Of a DNA stretch of 64,000 bases, positions 52,709 through 62,166 are shown piece after piece (the first letter of the stretch is position 1; the number at the start of each line of letters is the position of its first letter). A program made the position numbers and the translations under genes. The notes under the pieces are model-generated. The model made no database searches and had not been told where the DNA came from. It saw only the letters and a list, made by a program, of their open reading frames with translations. Origin of the DNA: Fimbriimonadaceae bacterium (GTDB lineage: Bacteria; Armatimonadota; Fimbriimonadia; Fimbriimonadales; Fimbriimonadaceae); the NCBI GenBank assembly GCA_024710805.1, contig JANJUB010000168.1, positions 929-64,928 of the forward strand. The letters run 5' to 3'.

Positions 52709-55194
52709 AGTCGCGGCCCACTGACGAGCGCATTGAGCAGGTAGCCCCAGTGTCCAGCCAGGAGCGCCCGATCCGTCGGATCAGTGGCAAACCACACGAC
52801 TCGGCCACGTCCAACCGATTCGGCGTGGATGATCGCTGCGTTCCTCAACGCGCGTTCCGTCTTTTCCGGCCAAGCCCAACCGCTGATGAGCACCCGATCT
52901 TGATCCGCCACCTTCACCGCCGTGCCGCCATCCGTCGCGACGAAGTAGCGGCCACCCCCCAGCAGGGCGGCAACTGGCTGATCTTCGAGACCGTAGGCAA
53001 GAAAGTGACGCCGGTCGACCTGAGCTCGGAAAAGGGAGCCGGGAATGGAGCCAGGATTCTCGACCACCCGCTGCGCCTCAAGCTTCAGGTACGCGCCCCG
53101 GTTGGGATCGCCGCCCAGCAAGACGAGGCATCCCCCAGCTTGCACCCACTCGCGGACCTTGGCGGCCGTGACATCCGCTCCTTCCGGGGCGATGATCGCG
53201 CTGTAGCCGTCGAGGCTGCCTCGCAGCGCCGCACCCGACATCGCGGTAAACGGAAGATTGAGTTCGCGTTCGAGCACGTACCAGGCGCCGCCAAAGTCGG
53301 TTGGGCTCTCGGCATCGCCAAACAGCACGCCCAGCTTAATGGGCCTCAGCGAGGCAATGGCTTCGCTGCCCGGGTTCATCCGTCCTTGCTCCGGATAGGC
53401 GCTCTTCAGCGCCACGAGATGATTTGCGTCGTCCCCGAGCAGTTTGCGCATGCGAACGCCGACCTCCTCGTCATTCCGGCTGACCGGGATCAAGAACGTT
53501 CCCGCGGGGTACGTCTGGCCACCGACCGCCATCTCTGAGGGGCTCTGCTGAACTCGGACTCCTGCCGCCAGCAAGCGCGCGGCGATGGCCGTGCCGGTCA
53601 GCCCGGGCCTCAGTGCCCACCCGATCGTCGAATCCCGATCGGCGGGCTTGACCACGTCCTCGCTCCCCGAAACCGAGGGCACTCGATCGAGCCACCAGGC
53701 GGAGACCCCATGGATGAGCGGCAAACTCCAAGCCGTCAGATCATAGAACTCGTTACCCTCGGCGTAGGCCGTGCCTTGCGTACCCTGGCGTCGAAGCTGC
53801 TCGTCGGTGAAGGCCTTTTCAAAGTCAGAATCGGTCTCCAACAGCGCCATGGCGAGCGCGGCTTGGGGCTGAACCATGGGCACGATGAGCAGGTGCTTCG
53901 GCTCGGTAGGCAACTTTTCGGACTCCCCGCTCCAAAGCGAAGTCCCTTCTCCACCGACATTTGCGAACGTGCGTTGCACGCGGATGCCGGACACCTCGAG
54001 GATCTTCGCCATTCGATCGAGCGGTTGAGGATCGTCGGAAGCAGCGACGAACGCCTTCCGCTTTCCGGCGACCTCTCCCGATGCGCTCTTCCGCTTAAAC
54101 TCCGCAAAAGAGCGCAAGAGTCCTTCGCGGTGCTCGGCGGCCGCGCGGATCACGCCGAGCGCGGCGACAAAGTGCCGTTCCATTCCTCCACGTAGGGTAC
54201 GGACCACCCCGTCCGGATCTCGACGCGCGACCATCTGCGCGTTTGTCTCGTGGGTCATCCCGATCGCCCCGCTCAGGGTTGCCCAGGAATCCAAGTACCC
54301 AGGGTAATAAAGATCGAAGATATCCTTGACGTAGTACGGATAGCCTTGGGCATCGAACGCGCGAGCGGTTTCGCGGCCGAACACCTCCGCCCACCGATGG
54401 TAGCGCGAGCGATCGACCCGCGCATGCACGCTGAGCGCAGCGGGAGGAAAGTGGTACGTATCCACCTCCCCGTGCTGATCGACATACACCTGGGGGTTCC
54501 ACCGGCGAAACGCCGCAATCTCCTGGCGGGTCTCCAACTGAGACATCGCAACCCGGTCACGATTCAGGTCAAAGCGGTAGTGGTTGGTGCGACCATCGAC
54601 GAAGCGCGGTTCACGCTGCTCGAAGCTGGCGGGATCGGCATCGCCCCGCACCACCGAGTTGGCCCACGTCGCGAATCGCTCGCGCCCGTCCGGGTTGTAG
54701 CACGGGTTGACGACGACGACCGTGTCCTTGAGCAGGCGCAGAATCTCGGGGTGACGGCTGGCGGAGAGGTTGTACACCAGCCACATCGCCGATTCGAACG
54801 AGGCGGCTTCGTCGCCGTGGATCGCCTGGTTGATCCACACGACCGCCGGGGTGCGCCGCAGGATCGCCTCGTCGACCGTCCCGTCGGCAAGCGTCTGAAG
54901 GTCACGCCGGATCGCGTCCAACCGGCGCCGATTCTCGGGGGAGGCGATCACAATCAGCCGCAGCGGGCGACCCTCGGTCGATGCGCCGTACGGTTCCACC
55001 AGGCTTCGGGCCGAGGACTTCGCGACGATCGCGTGAAGCACTTGCTCCTGCTGGGGAAGCAAGGTAAAGCGCTCGCCGGGTGCGTACCCGAGCATCCTCG
55101 AGGGCTGGGGAACGGCGCCCTCGTACGGCGCATACGCCTCAAGCGGAGAAGCGGCCACACCCGCAAGGATGGGCAGGAGGTAGATCGGCGACAT
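52705..55194 (-). CDS. Secreted M14-family zinc carboxypeptidase-like protein with a large C-terminal extension
   Basis: Start ATG at 55194 (MSPIYLLPILAGVAAS...). Zinc motif context INQAIHGDEAAS (HxxE), then FDLNRD and the second His region VDQHGE. The 414-codon upstream extension in the track ORF was rejected. Confidence 0.72.
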   Translation of the reverse strand: MSPIYLLPILAGVAASPLEAYAPYEGAVPQPSRMLGYAPGERFTLLPQQEQVLHAIVAKSSARSLVEPYGASTEGRPLRLIVIASPENRRRLDAIRRDLQTLADGTVDEAILRRTPAVVWINQAIHGDEAASFESAMWLVYNLSASRHPEILRLLKDTVVVVNPCYNPDGRERFATWANSVVRGDADPASFEQREPRFVDGRTNHYRFDLNRDRVAMSQLETRQEIAAFRRWNPQVYVDQHGEVDTYHFPPAALSVHARVDRSRYHRWAEVFGRETARAFDAQGYPYYVKDIFDLYYPGYLDSWATLSGAIGMTHETNAQMVARRDPDGVVRTLRGGMERHFVAALGVIRAAAEHREGLLRSFAEFKRKSASGEVAGKRKAFVAASDDPQPLDRMAKILEVSGIRVQRTFANVGGEGTSLWSGESEKLPTEPKHLLIVPMVQPQAALAMALLETDSDFEKAFTDEQLRRQGTQGTAYAEGNEFYDLTAWSLPLIHGVSAWWLDRVPSVSGSEDVVKPADRDSTIGWALRPGLTGTAIAARLLAAGVRVQQSPSEMAVGGQTYPAGTFLIPVSRNDEEVGVRMRKLLGDDANHLVALKSAYPEQGRMNPGSEAIASLRPIKLGVLFGDAESPTDFGGAWYVLERELNLPFTAMSGAALRGSLDGYSAIIAPEGADVTAAKVREWVQAGGCLVLLGGDPNRGAYLKLEAQRVVENPGSIPGSLFRAQVDRRHFLAYGLEDQPVAALLGGGRYFVATDGGTAVKVADQDRVLISGWAWPEKTERALRNAAIIHAESVGRGRVVWFATDPTDRALLAGHWGYLLNALVSGPRL

Positions 55195-55248
55195 TGCGTG
55201 GGAGTCTACCGATCCTTGCCCAAAAGTTGAGCAAAGAGGAGACCGAAG

Positions 55249-56181
55249 ATGAGGTACTCTCCAAATGTGGAAGAGGTACTTTCTGGGGTATTGGCTGCGG
55301 TGTACCTGCGCGGATTGCCGGGGCGCGCCGCTTCCCCGCGCTCGTGGCCCGGGGTGAGTTCCGCGTTGCGGCGATCCGCGGGAGCCGGGTCGTTGCCCGC
55401 CGATCCCCTCGTCCTCTCCGCCCTCCTCCGGGAAGCCGGATATTGGCAGGAGGCGGCCGTCCTGCTCGATCGCGCGCGTTGGCCCATCGCGGTCGATCTC
55501 GTCGCCCAGCAGCGCGTGATCACCGCCGAAGATCCCCTCTATCCCTCCGGGTGGCGATCCTCCGTCATTGCGGCTCCGCCGGCGCTGTGGCGCAAGCCAA
55601 GTGCGGCTCCCTTGCCCTTGGGTGCGCCTTGGGTCACCCTCGTCGGCAGCCGCCAGATCACCCGCGCCGTCCGCGATTTTGCCCGTGCCGCCGGCGAGGC
55701 GGTGGCCATCGGCGGCGGTGTCGTCTTCTCCGGCGGAGCCGTCGGAGTCGATCGGGCCGCCGTGCTGGGTGCCCGCGCCTCCGAAGGAGCCGCCGTCGAG
55801 CTCTTGCCGTGCGGCTTCGATCATGCTCCCGCCTCCTCCGCCGAGCGGTGGTCGCTCGTTCCGCCCGGCGAGCTGTTCAGCACGGCAAATGCCATGGAGC
55901 GAAATCTCCTCCTCTATGCCGCCTCTTCGCGATCGCTGGTCGTGCATGCCCGCTATCGGGCGGGAGGCTCGTGGCATGGCGCGGTGAGCGCGCTGAGGCA
56001 TCGTCTCGGCCCGATCTTCGTTCGCGAGCCGGCTCCCGGCGAGGCCCTCTCCGATCCCGATTATCTCCGCGCGCATGCCGCGCTCGTGGGGCTGGGTGCC
56101 ATTTCGCTGTGCCACCCCGATCTCCTGCTTGATGCCCCGGTCCGCGATCCCGCCCAGCCGGCGCTGGCGTTGGGGGCTTAG
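55249..56181 (+). CDS. dprA: DprA/Smf-like Rossmann-fold DNA-processing protein (short, divergent)
   Basis: DPLYPSGW, LVGSRQITR, VVFSGGAVGVDRAA, ELLPCGFD, AMERNLLLYAASSRSLVVHARYRAGGSWHGAVSA and PIFV follow the DprA motif order (YP..L, VGSR, SG.A.GID, G.D, RNR.I, SG...TA). Confidence 0.65.
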   Translation: MRYSPNVEEVLSGVLAAVYLRGLPGRAASPRSWPGVSSALRRSAGAGSLPADPLVLSALLREAGYWQEAAVLLDRARWPIAVDLVAQQRVITAEDPLYPSGWRSSVIAAPPALWRKPSAAPLPLGAPWVTLVGSRQITRAVRDFARAAGEAVAIGGGVVFSGGAVGVDRAAVLGARASEGAAVELLPCGFDHAPASSAERWSLVPPGELFSTANAMERNLLLYAASSRSLVVHARYRAGGSWHGAVSALRHRLGPIFVREPAPGEALSDPDYLRAHAALVGLGAISLCHPDLLLDAPVRDPAQPALALGA

Positions 56182-56909
56182 GGCACGCGCTCGACGAAGT
56201 ACCGGCCGGTTCGGCCGACCGTGATCTTCGGCGGCTTCCGCGTCGCCTCGAACGCCGCGAAGGCGGGGGCGAGTTCCGCCCAAAACTCGACGTGGCTTGG
56301 ATGGGATCGGCCCAACGAGCCTAACCGCTCCGACGTCATCCGAGTTGGAAACAGGTGAAGTTCGACCCGCTTCGGCCAGCCATGCGCGACCAGCACATAG
56401 AGCTCCTCGATGAGCGGATCGGTCATCGCCAGGCATCCGATGCTTGCCCGACCCCCGTGGATGTAAATGTCGCTCCCCGGCGACTTTGGATCGGAGCGCT
56501 TCCGGTCCGAGGCATTAGGGTAACCCACCCGCAGGCTGAGATGAAACTGGCTCTTCGGGTTCAGTCCCTCGATCCGGTAGAACCCTTCCGGCACCTGACG
56601 GTCCCCTTCCTTCCGCTTGGGACCGGGGCCTCCCGACTGAGCGGCGATCGGATACGTCTTGAACAGCGAATACGGTCCGCCGCCGCGGAAGCGAGCCCAG
56701 ACCTCAAGTTCGCCTTCGGCTTTGAACGCGCGGAGGAAGATGTCTTTCGGCAATCCCGTGCCGCCCATTTGCTTCGAGCGGGCGATCAACTCGTCGGTCA
56801 CCCTCACCCGGGCGGGACCGACCCGGTCCTGCTCCCCGGCCCAGTAGGCGCCGACGCCCAGCATCACGACTAGCGCCCCGGCGTACACGTGAGATCGAGC
56901 AATCGCCAT
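56178..56909 (-). CDS. L,D-transpeptidase (YkuD-like) family protein
   Basis: Start ATG at 56909 (MAIARSHVYAGALVVMLG, membrane anchor). The catalytic motif context is DIYIHGGRASIGCLAMTD (H-G...G-C). Confidence 0.72.
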   Translation of the reverse strand: MAIARSHVYAGALVVMLGVGAYWAGEQDRVGPARVRVTDELIARSKQMGGTGLPKDIFLRAFKAEGELEVWARFRGGGPYSLFKTYPIAAQSGGPGPKRKEGDRQVPEGFYRIEGLNPKSQFHLSLRVGYPNASDRKRSDPKSPGSDIYIHGGRASIGCLAMTDPLIEELYVLVAHGWPKRVELHLFPTRMTSERLGSLGRSHPSHVEFWAELAPAFAAFEATRKPPKITVGRTGRYFVERVP

Positions 56910-59332
56910 CCCTGAGCTCCCGAATGAAACGCGACGCGAACGTAGCGCGCCCGCATCGGCATGCCGTAGTACTTGAGTCGGCCCGCTTGGCCCCGGGTCG
57001 TCAGCGACCACGTGAGATCGCCTTCCCGCGCGAACAGTCGTCCGGTCTCCGGCTTCTCGCCTGCCCGATAGGCAAGGAGGTCGAAGCCCCCGGTTGCCCC
57101 GGTTTCCGCGGCTAAGGAAATCGCGATCTCGCCGAGGGCGACTTCGCGGCCGAGGTCGATGTCGATGGCCCCGCCTGCGGGAGCCGAGATTCCGGTAGCG
57201 GGATCGTTGTCGGTGATCGCATCGACCGCCTCACCGGTAGACAACTTCGCCGAACCCGCAGCGAGCGCGAGCGCCTCGGCGGCCAGCGGCGTCGACGGCA
57301 CGGGCAGCACAACGGTCACCATGGCCAGCGGCTGACGCGAGCGTGCGACCGCATCGAGCACTTGCCACAGCTTCAACACCGCGACCGCCTCGACCCCATT
57401 CACGACCCCACGGATGGCGATTGCGCTGTTGGCGCCGGTGGCGTCCACCCGGCCAAACGGATTGGCGAGCAGTTGGTGTCCGGTGGGCGTGTAGCTGCCG
57501 GGAGGTACCCCCGGGTCGCGCTTCGGCAGTAAGATGGTGCCGCTCTCACCGGTCCGAATCGTGTCGAGCTTGCTGGCGCCCGCGAATGAGCCCGCCCGCA
57601 GCGCATACAAGGTCAGTTCCTGGTTGCCCAGGCGTCTGCCGCCCGGATCGGTAAGCGTGACGAGCACTGAGCCGGGGACATCGTACAGATAATCCCCGCT
57701 GAATCCGCGCCGTCGGCCGAGATTGCGGTTGAGGGCGTACACGTCGGTCGCACTCAGTCCCGCGCCGACATCCATGCGGTTCGGATCGACGTACAGATCA
57801 CTAAACCGCTCGTGGGGGAACGCGAAGGTCGGGGCGAGCAGCGCATCGGAGCGGGTTTCTCCGCCCCCCAGGACTCCCGGAAAACGATCGGGCGACGGAG
57901 GCACGGTGGACGCATCGCCGAGCAGGGAGCCTTGGCGAACTCCGGCAGACGTGATCTCGACCAAGCCACACGCCCGGGCGATCTCGGCCATGAGGTCGGT
58001 GTCGGGCCCTACGAGAATCTCCCCATCAAGCCGCAAGTCGATCGCGGACGCTTCGCCGATCGCCATCCGCTGTACCCGCACCCGCTCGAGCGCTCCCGCG
58101 GGCGCAAACGAGAACCGCGAGAACCGGCAGAGCACCTCGTTCCAACGGTGCACGGCGCGCTGAATGGCGTCCTCCCAGGCCAATCCCTGCTCGGCGAACT
58201 TCTTGGCCGCCGCATCAGTCACCGTAAACCCAAGCGCCAGCCCCGCCTGCTGCACGACGAGTTCGTCGTTGCCACGGTCGGCGTCCTCACCCTTGGTAAA
58301 AAGCCGCAGCGCAACCGGCTGGATGCGGTGATCGGTATGCGAGGAGCGAAACGGGGTCTTAAGCTCCAACGTCGTGCTCTCGCCCGGGGCCAGTTTGCGC
58401 TCCACGGCGACGATCGCATCTGGGAGCTCACGGATGAACCACTGGGCCTCGAATCCGTCGGCGGGGGCGGTGCCGACATTCTTCACCGTCGCCCGGTAGG
58501 TCACTTCTTCGCCGTCGTCGGGCCAGCGCTTGCCCTCGCCATTAGCCGCGCGCAGCGTTACCGGCACGGCGACGCCGTCTTGCGGGGCTACGTCGGCTTG
58601 GCCCCGCGTATCGTAGCGCTCATACTCGGGCGTGCGCTCGATCAAGACCACGCTGAGGTCAGGCCCCGTAGGTCGAGGAGCGTCTTCGAGCTCGAGCACG
58701 AGCCGGGGGCGACCCTCGGTTGAATCCGAACTCAAGAACTCGACCCGATCGTCGAACTCCAGACGGAATCCGTGGTTCAGCGTTGGGCGATCAAACTGGG
58801 CCTGGACCGCGGACGCCAGTCCTTCGATGATGTAGGTTTCGCCGTCCTGTCGTCCGGTTGCGCCCGGTACCGCTTCCGCATCGAGGTCACCCCGCGCGCC
58901 GGGAGTCTGCCAAGCGATCGGCTCGGCCCCGGATCGGCGGTTACGCTGGGTCGCCGCCCATCGCCCGCCAGTCACGTCCCCGCGGATCTGGCCAGCGATA
59001 CTGTTGATCGACCCTTCGGTCCACGGCACGAGCATCCGCCGAACAGAGGATAAGGTGGGCTTGCCTCGGGTCACCGTGAACTCAAGCCGCGCGGCAGTCA
59101 CACGCTTGCGGCCGAGAGTCGCGCGGAGCTCGCGGAACTGGATGAGAATCGCCTTCCCGCCCCCACTTTCGAGGATCGAGTTACCTCCCTGCGGCTCGTC
59201 GGCCCGCTCAAGATCGAGGGTGGTGTCCTCGATCGCCACGTAGCGATGCCCATTCACCATCGCCCCCCGCTCGAGCGAGATCGGGGTGGCGGGCAGGGCC
59301 AGTCCGGCAAGGGTAATCCAGGCAAGGAGCAT
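56870..59332 (-). CDS. 820-aa secreted multidomain protein: DNRLRE-like N-terminal domain, CARDB-like middle domain, and a discoidin (F5/8 type C)-like C-terminal domain
   Basis: It has a signal peptide. The N-terminal segment reads RRMLVPWTEGS...NHGFRLEF. A CARDB-like segment follows (TYRATVKNVGTAPADGFEAQWFI). The C-terminal segment reads AVDAITDNDPATG...RARYVRVAF. Domain calls are pattern-based and tentative. Confidence 0.55.
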   Translation of the reverse strand: MLLAWITLAGLALPATPISLERGAMVNGHRYVAIEDTTLDLERADEPQGGNSILESGGGKAILIQFRELRATLGRKRVTAARLEFTVTRGKPTLSSVRRMLVPWTEGSINSIAGQIRGDVTGGRWAATQRNRRSGAEPIAWQTPGARGDLDAEAVPGATGRQDGETYIIEGLASAVQAQFDRPTLNHGFRLEFDDRVEFLSSDSTEGRPRLVLELEDAPRPTGPDLSVVLIERTPEYERYDTRGQADVAPQDGVAVPVTLRAANGEGKRWPDDGEEVTYRATVKNVGTAPADGFEAQWFIRELPDAIVAVERKLAPGESTTLELKTPFRSSHTDHRIQPVALRLFTKGEDADRGNDELVVQQAGLALGFTVTDAAAKKFAEQGLAWEDAIQRAVHRWNEVLCRFSRFSFAPAGALERVRVQRMAIGEASAIDLRLDGEILVGPDTDLMAEIARACGLVEITSAGVRQGSLLGDASTVPPSPDRFPGVLGGGETRSDALLAPTFAFPHERFSDLYVDPNRMDVGAGLSATDVYALNRNLGRRRGFSGDYLYDVPGSVLVTLTDPGGRRLGNQELTLYALRAGSFAGASKLDTIRTGESGTILLPKRDPGVPPGSYTPTGHQLLANPFGRVDATGANSAIAIRGVVNGVEAVAVLKLWQVLDAVARSRQPLAMVTVVLPVPSTPLAAEALALAAGSAKLSTGEAVDAITDNDPATGISAPAGGAIDIDLGREVALGEIAISLAAETGATGGFDLLAYRAGEKPETGRLFAREGDLTWSLTTRGQAGRLKYYGMPMRARYVRVAFHSGAQGWRLLDLTCTPGR

Positions 59333-59410
59333 AAGCAGCTAGTTTACATGGGGACGTCTGCCCTTCAGGTTCGTTTTGCCAAATGCCGATACTAACTTGG
59401 GAAACGCTCG

Positions 59411-60424
59411 ATGCACGAACCCGAACATCACGAGGAACTCGAGAACTGGCGCCTCGCGGCCCGCCGGTTTGAGACGCTGTTTCAGCGTCTCCCGGTCCCC
59501 TGCATCGGCTACGACCTCTCGGGCACGATCTTCGAGTGGAATCGGGCGACCGAGGAGTGTCTGGGCCAGGCGGCCGCGCTCCTCTTCATGCGCTCGATCC
59601 AGAACCTGTTCTGCTTCGAGGATTCGCAGCGAGAGACTATGGACGTGATGCTCGATCGCATCGCGGGGGGCGAGTCCATCGAGAACTGTCCATGGACGGT
59701 GATGATGACCGACGGGACGTTACGCCACGTGTTGCTCAGCATGATCCCGACGACGGGACCGGAGGGCACCATCGGGGGCGGCATCCTCGCTTGGACCGAT
59801 ATCACGGCCCTGAGGGAATACGAGCAGCAGATCGAAGCGCAACTCACCCAGATTCATGAGTACAGCGCTCAGATTGAGCTTCGAACTCAAGAACTCGAGG
59901 ACGCCAATGCCCGCCTCTCGACCCTCGCCTCGACCGACGGCCTGACCGGTCTCGCCAATCACCGCTCATTCCAGGAGGCACTCCGCCGGGCGATCGCGCT
60001 AACCACGCCTGGGCGGCTCTCCCTCATCCTGCTCGACGTCGATCACTTCAAGGCGTACAACGACACATACGGCCATCCGCAAGGCGACCTCGTCCTCAAG
60101 GGCCTCGCCGACTGCCTTCGCGATTGCACCGAGTGCTCGGAAGGAATGCCCGCCCGGTACGGGGGCGAAGAGTTCGTCGTCCTCCTCCCCACGTCGGGGA
60201 CCCAAGAGGCGATGCGGGTCGCCGAGTTGCTCCGCCGAAGGATCGCCGAGCGGCCTTTCCCGTGCGCCCCCGTGACGGCAAGTTTCGGGGTGGCGACCTT
60301 CGGGCATGGGTGCGGCGACGCCGAATCGCTGATCGAACTCGCCGACCAAGCGCTCTATGAGAGCAAGAGCCGCGGGCGTAACCGGGTTACCCATGCCAAC
60401 GCGCTTGACCGCCGCACGGCCTAG
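59411..60424 (+). CDS. PAS-GGDEF diguanylate cyclase
   Basis: A PAS-like N-terminal region and coiled linker are followed by DGLTGLANHRSF, DVDHFKAYND and RYGGEEFVVLL (GGEEF active site). I see no RxxD I-site 5 residues upstream. Confidence 0.9.
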   Translation: MHEPEHHEELENWRLAARRFETLFQRLPVPCIGYDLSGTIFEWNRATEECLGQAAALLFMRSIQNLFCFEDSQRETMDVMLDRIAGGESIENCPWTVMMTDGTLRHVLLSMIPTTGPEGTIGGGILAWTDITALREYEQQIEAQLTQIHEYSAQIELRTQELEDANARLSTLASTDGLTGLANHRSFQEALRRAIALTTPGRLSLILLDVDHFKAYNDTYGHPQGDLVLKGLADCLRDCTECSEGMPARYGGEEFVVLLPTSGTQEAMRVAELLRRRIAERPFPCAPVTASFGVATFGHGCGDAESLIELADQALYESKSRGRNRVTHANALDRRTA

Positions 60425-60469
60425 GTCCTGGCCACACTTTGGCGAGGGCTCGGCGTAAGATGAATCGGC

Positions 60470-61606
60470 ATGAAGAAGTTTGCGACGTTTGCGTTGCTGA
60501 TGACCGCGGCGTTTCTTGGCGTCCTCGCCGCCCTGCGTTTGGATCGGTGGGTCGAGCGGCGCGAGATTTCGATGGTCCCGGGCATCACCACCCCGTTGCC
60601 CGCGGCTCCCGCTGAGTTCACCCCCGCCGCCGCATTTGACTTCCGCGCTGCGGCAAAGAAGATCATGCCCGCTGTGGTCTCTATCGACAAGAGCGAGGCC
60701 TGGCGCGATATGTGGTCCGACCGCGTGTCCCTCGTCAACACGGGAACAGGCTCAGGCGTCATCATCAGCCCCGAGGGCCACATCCTCACCAACAACCACG
60801 TCATCGAAGGGGCCGCAACCATCACGGTTCGCCTCGCCGACGGACGCAGCTTCGAAGCCAAGCTCATTGGCACCGATCCGCGCACCGATTTGGCGGTGGT
60901 CAAGGTCGAGGGCAACAACTTGCCGGTAGCCGAACTCGCTGACAGTTCAAAGTTGGAAGTGGGCTCGTGGGTGATGGCGGCGGGCAACCCGCTCGGCTAT
61001 GCGAACACGCTCAGCGTGGGCATCGTCAGCAGCCTGAACCGCAGCCTTCAGGCGGGACGGGAGGGCACGTTGCTCGTAGACGCGATTCAGACCGATGCGT
61101 CGATCAACAGCGGCAACTCCGGTGGACCGCTCACCAACGATCGCGGCCAAGTGGTCGGCGTCAACACGGCGATTGCGTCGCCCACCGGTGGAAGCGTCGG
61201 AATCGGCTTTGCGGTCCCGATCAATCGCGCCAAACTCGTGGTCGCCGAACTCATCAAGTTCGGTCGCGTCCGGTATGGCTACTCCGGATTCATCGTCGTC
61301 AACTCGCCCGAAGTTCTCCGCGATCCGCGCGCTCGCCGATACATCCAGCAGCAAGTGGGCACCGCGCCACCCGAGACCGGGCTCGTCGTCTCGCGACTCG
61401 ATCCGGCCGGGCCATCGGCAAAGGCCGGTCTCAAGCCGCTGGACGTGATTCAGAAGGCGGATGGACGCTCGATGTCCGACCCGTCCGATCTGCTCAAACT
61501 CCTGCTTGAAAAGAAGGTGGGCGACTCGCTGAAGTTGGACGTGTGGAGCGCCGGCCAGACCCGAGCGGTGAACATCTCGCTTTCCGACACCCCAACCGGC
61601 GCGTAA
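60470..61606 (+). CDS. htrA: HtrA/DegP-family serine protease with one PDZ domain
   Basis: TNNHV (His), DLAVVKV (Asp) and NSGNSGGPL (Ser), followed by a PDZ-like C-terminus (GLKPLDVI...DG). Confidence 0.92.
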   Translation: MKKFATFALLMTAAFLGVLAALRLDRWVERREISMVPGITTPLPAAPAEFTPAAAFDFRAAAKKIMPAVVSIDKSEAWRDMWSDRVSLVNTGTGSGVIISPEGHILTNNHVIEGAATITVRLADGRSFEAKLIGTDPRTDLAVVKVEGNNLPVAELADSSKLEVGSWVMAAGNPLGYANTLSVGIVSSLNRSLQAGREGTLLVDAIQTDASINSGNSGGPLTNDRGQVVGVNTAIASPTGGSVGIGFAVPINRAKLVVAELIKFGRVRYGYSGFIVVNSPEVLRDPRARRYIQQQVGTAPPETGLVVSRLDPAGPSAKAGLKPLDVIQKADGRSMSDPSDLLKLLLEKKVGDSLKLDVWSAGQTRAVNISLSDTPTGA

Positions 61607-61610
61607 GGGC

Positions 61611-62135
61611 TTAGGGCGCGGTCAGCGACTCGAGCTTCTTCGCCGCGGCGTCGTAGCTCTCGCGAGCGGCGGCAATCTCCTGCTCGAGCAGTTTCAGTCG
61701 TTCGTTACCCGCCTCGAGCTGCTTGCGCAGGTCCTGGGCTCCATCCGCGGCCCGATCCGCCTTATCCTTCGCATCGGCCCCGAGCGCGGCCGCCTGCTCT
61801 CGCAGCGACCTCAGCTTCTCAGCAGCATCGATTTTGGCGATCGCCGCACGGGCGGATTCGAGTTGCGCGAGCACCTCGGGAGTCGGGTTGGGGATGGCCT
61901 CCGCCTGCTTCTGGACGTCGACCACGGCTTGCCTCGCCCGCTCGAGAGCATCCTGCGAAGAATCGGGCGAGACTTCGCGCACCTTGGCGGCAACCGAGTT
62001 CCAAGCCGTCGTGATGGCCTTACCGGCGTGTTCCAGCGCCTTCCCGCCATCACGGGCAATGGACTCGCGGTCCTTGGGTTCGCAAGCGATCGCAAACACC
62101 ACCACCAACGATAGCCACCACAGTCGTCTCATCAC
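61611..62135 (-). CDS. Coiled-coil lipoprotein, hypothetical
   Basis: MMRRLWWLSLVVVFAIAC (lipobox) followed by Ala/Glu/Lys-rich helices. Confidence 0.5.
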   Translation of the reverse strand: MMRRLWWLSLVVVFAIACEPKDRESIARDGGKALEHAGKAITTAWNSVAAKVREVSPDSSQDALERARQAVVDVQKQAEAIPNPTPEVLAQLESARAAIAKIDAAEKLRSLREQAAALGADAKDKADRAADGAQDLRKQLEAGNERLKLLEQEIAAARESYDAAAKKLESLTAP

Positions 62136-62166
62136 CCTATCTAACTCCCTCGGGCGCCCGCAGGTT

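Noticed and set aside
55080-56132. 350-aa plus-strand ORF competing with the DprA-like frame
   Set aside because: The translation is an Arg/Ala/Pro/Ser-rich low-complexity string with no motifs. The +1-shifted frame 55249..56181 carries the ordered DprA motif series.
55195-56436. N-terminal 414 codons of the 1243-aa minus-strand ORF 52705..56436
   Set aside because: The extension is Arg/Gly/Pro-rich with no motifs. The M14 protein has a convincing signal peptide starting at ATG 55194. The opposite strand also encodes a motif-bearing DprA-like protein.
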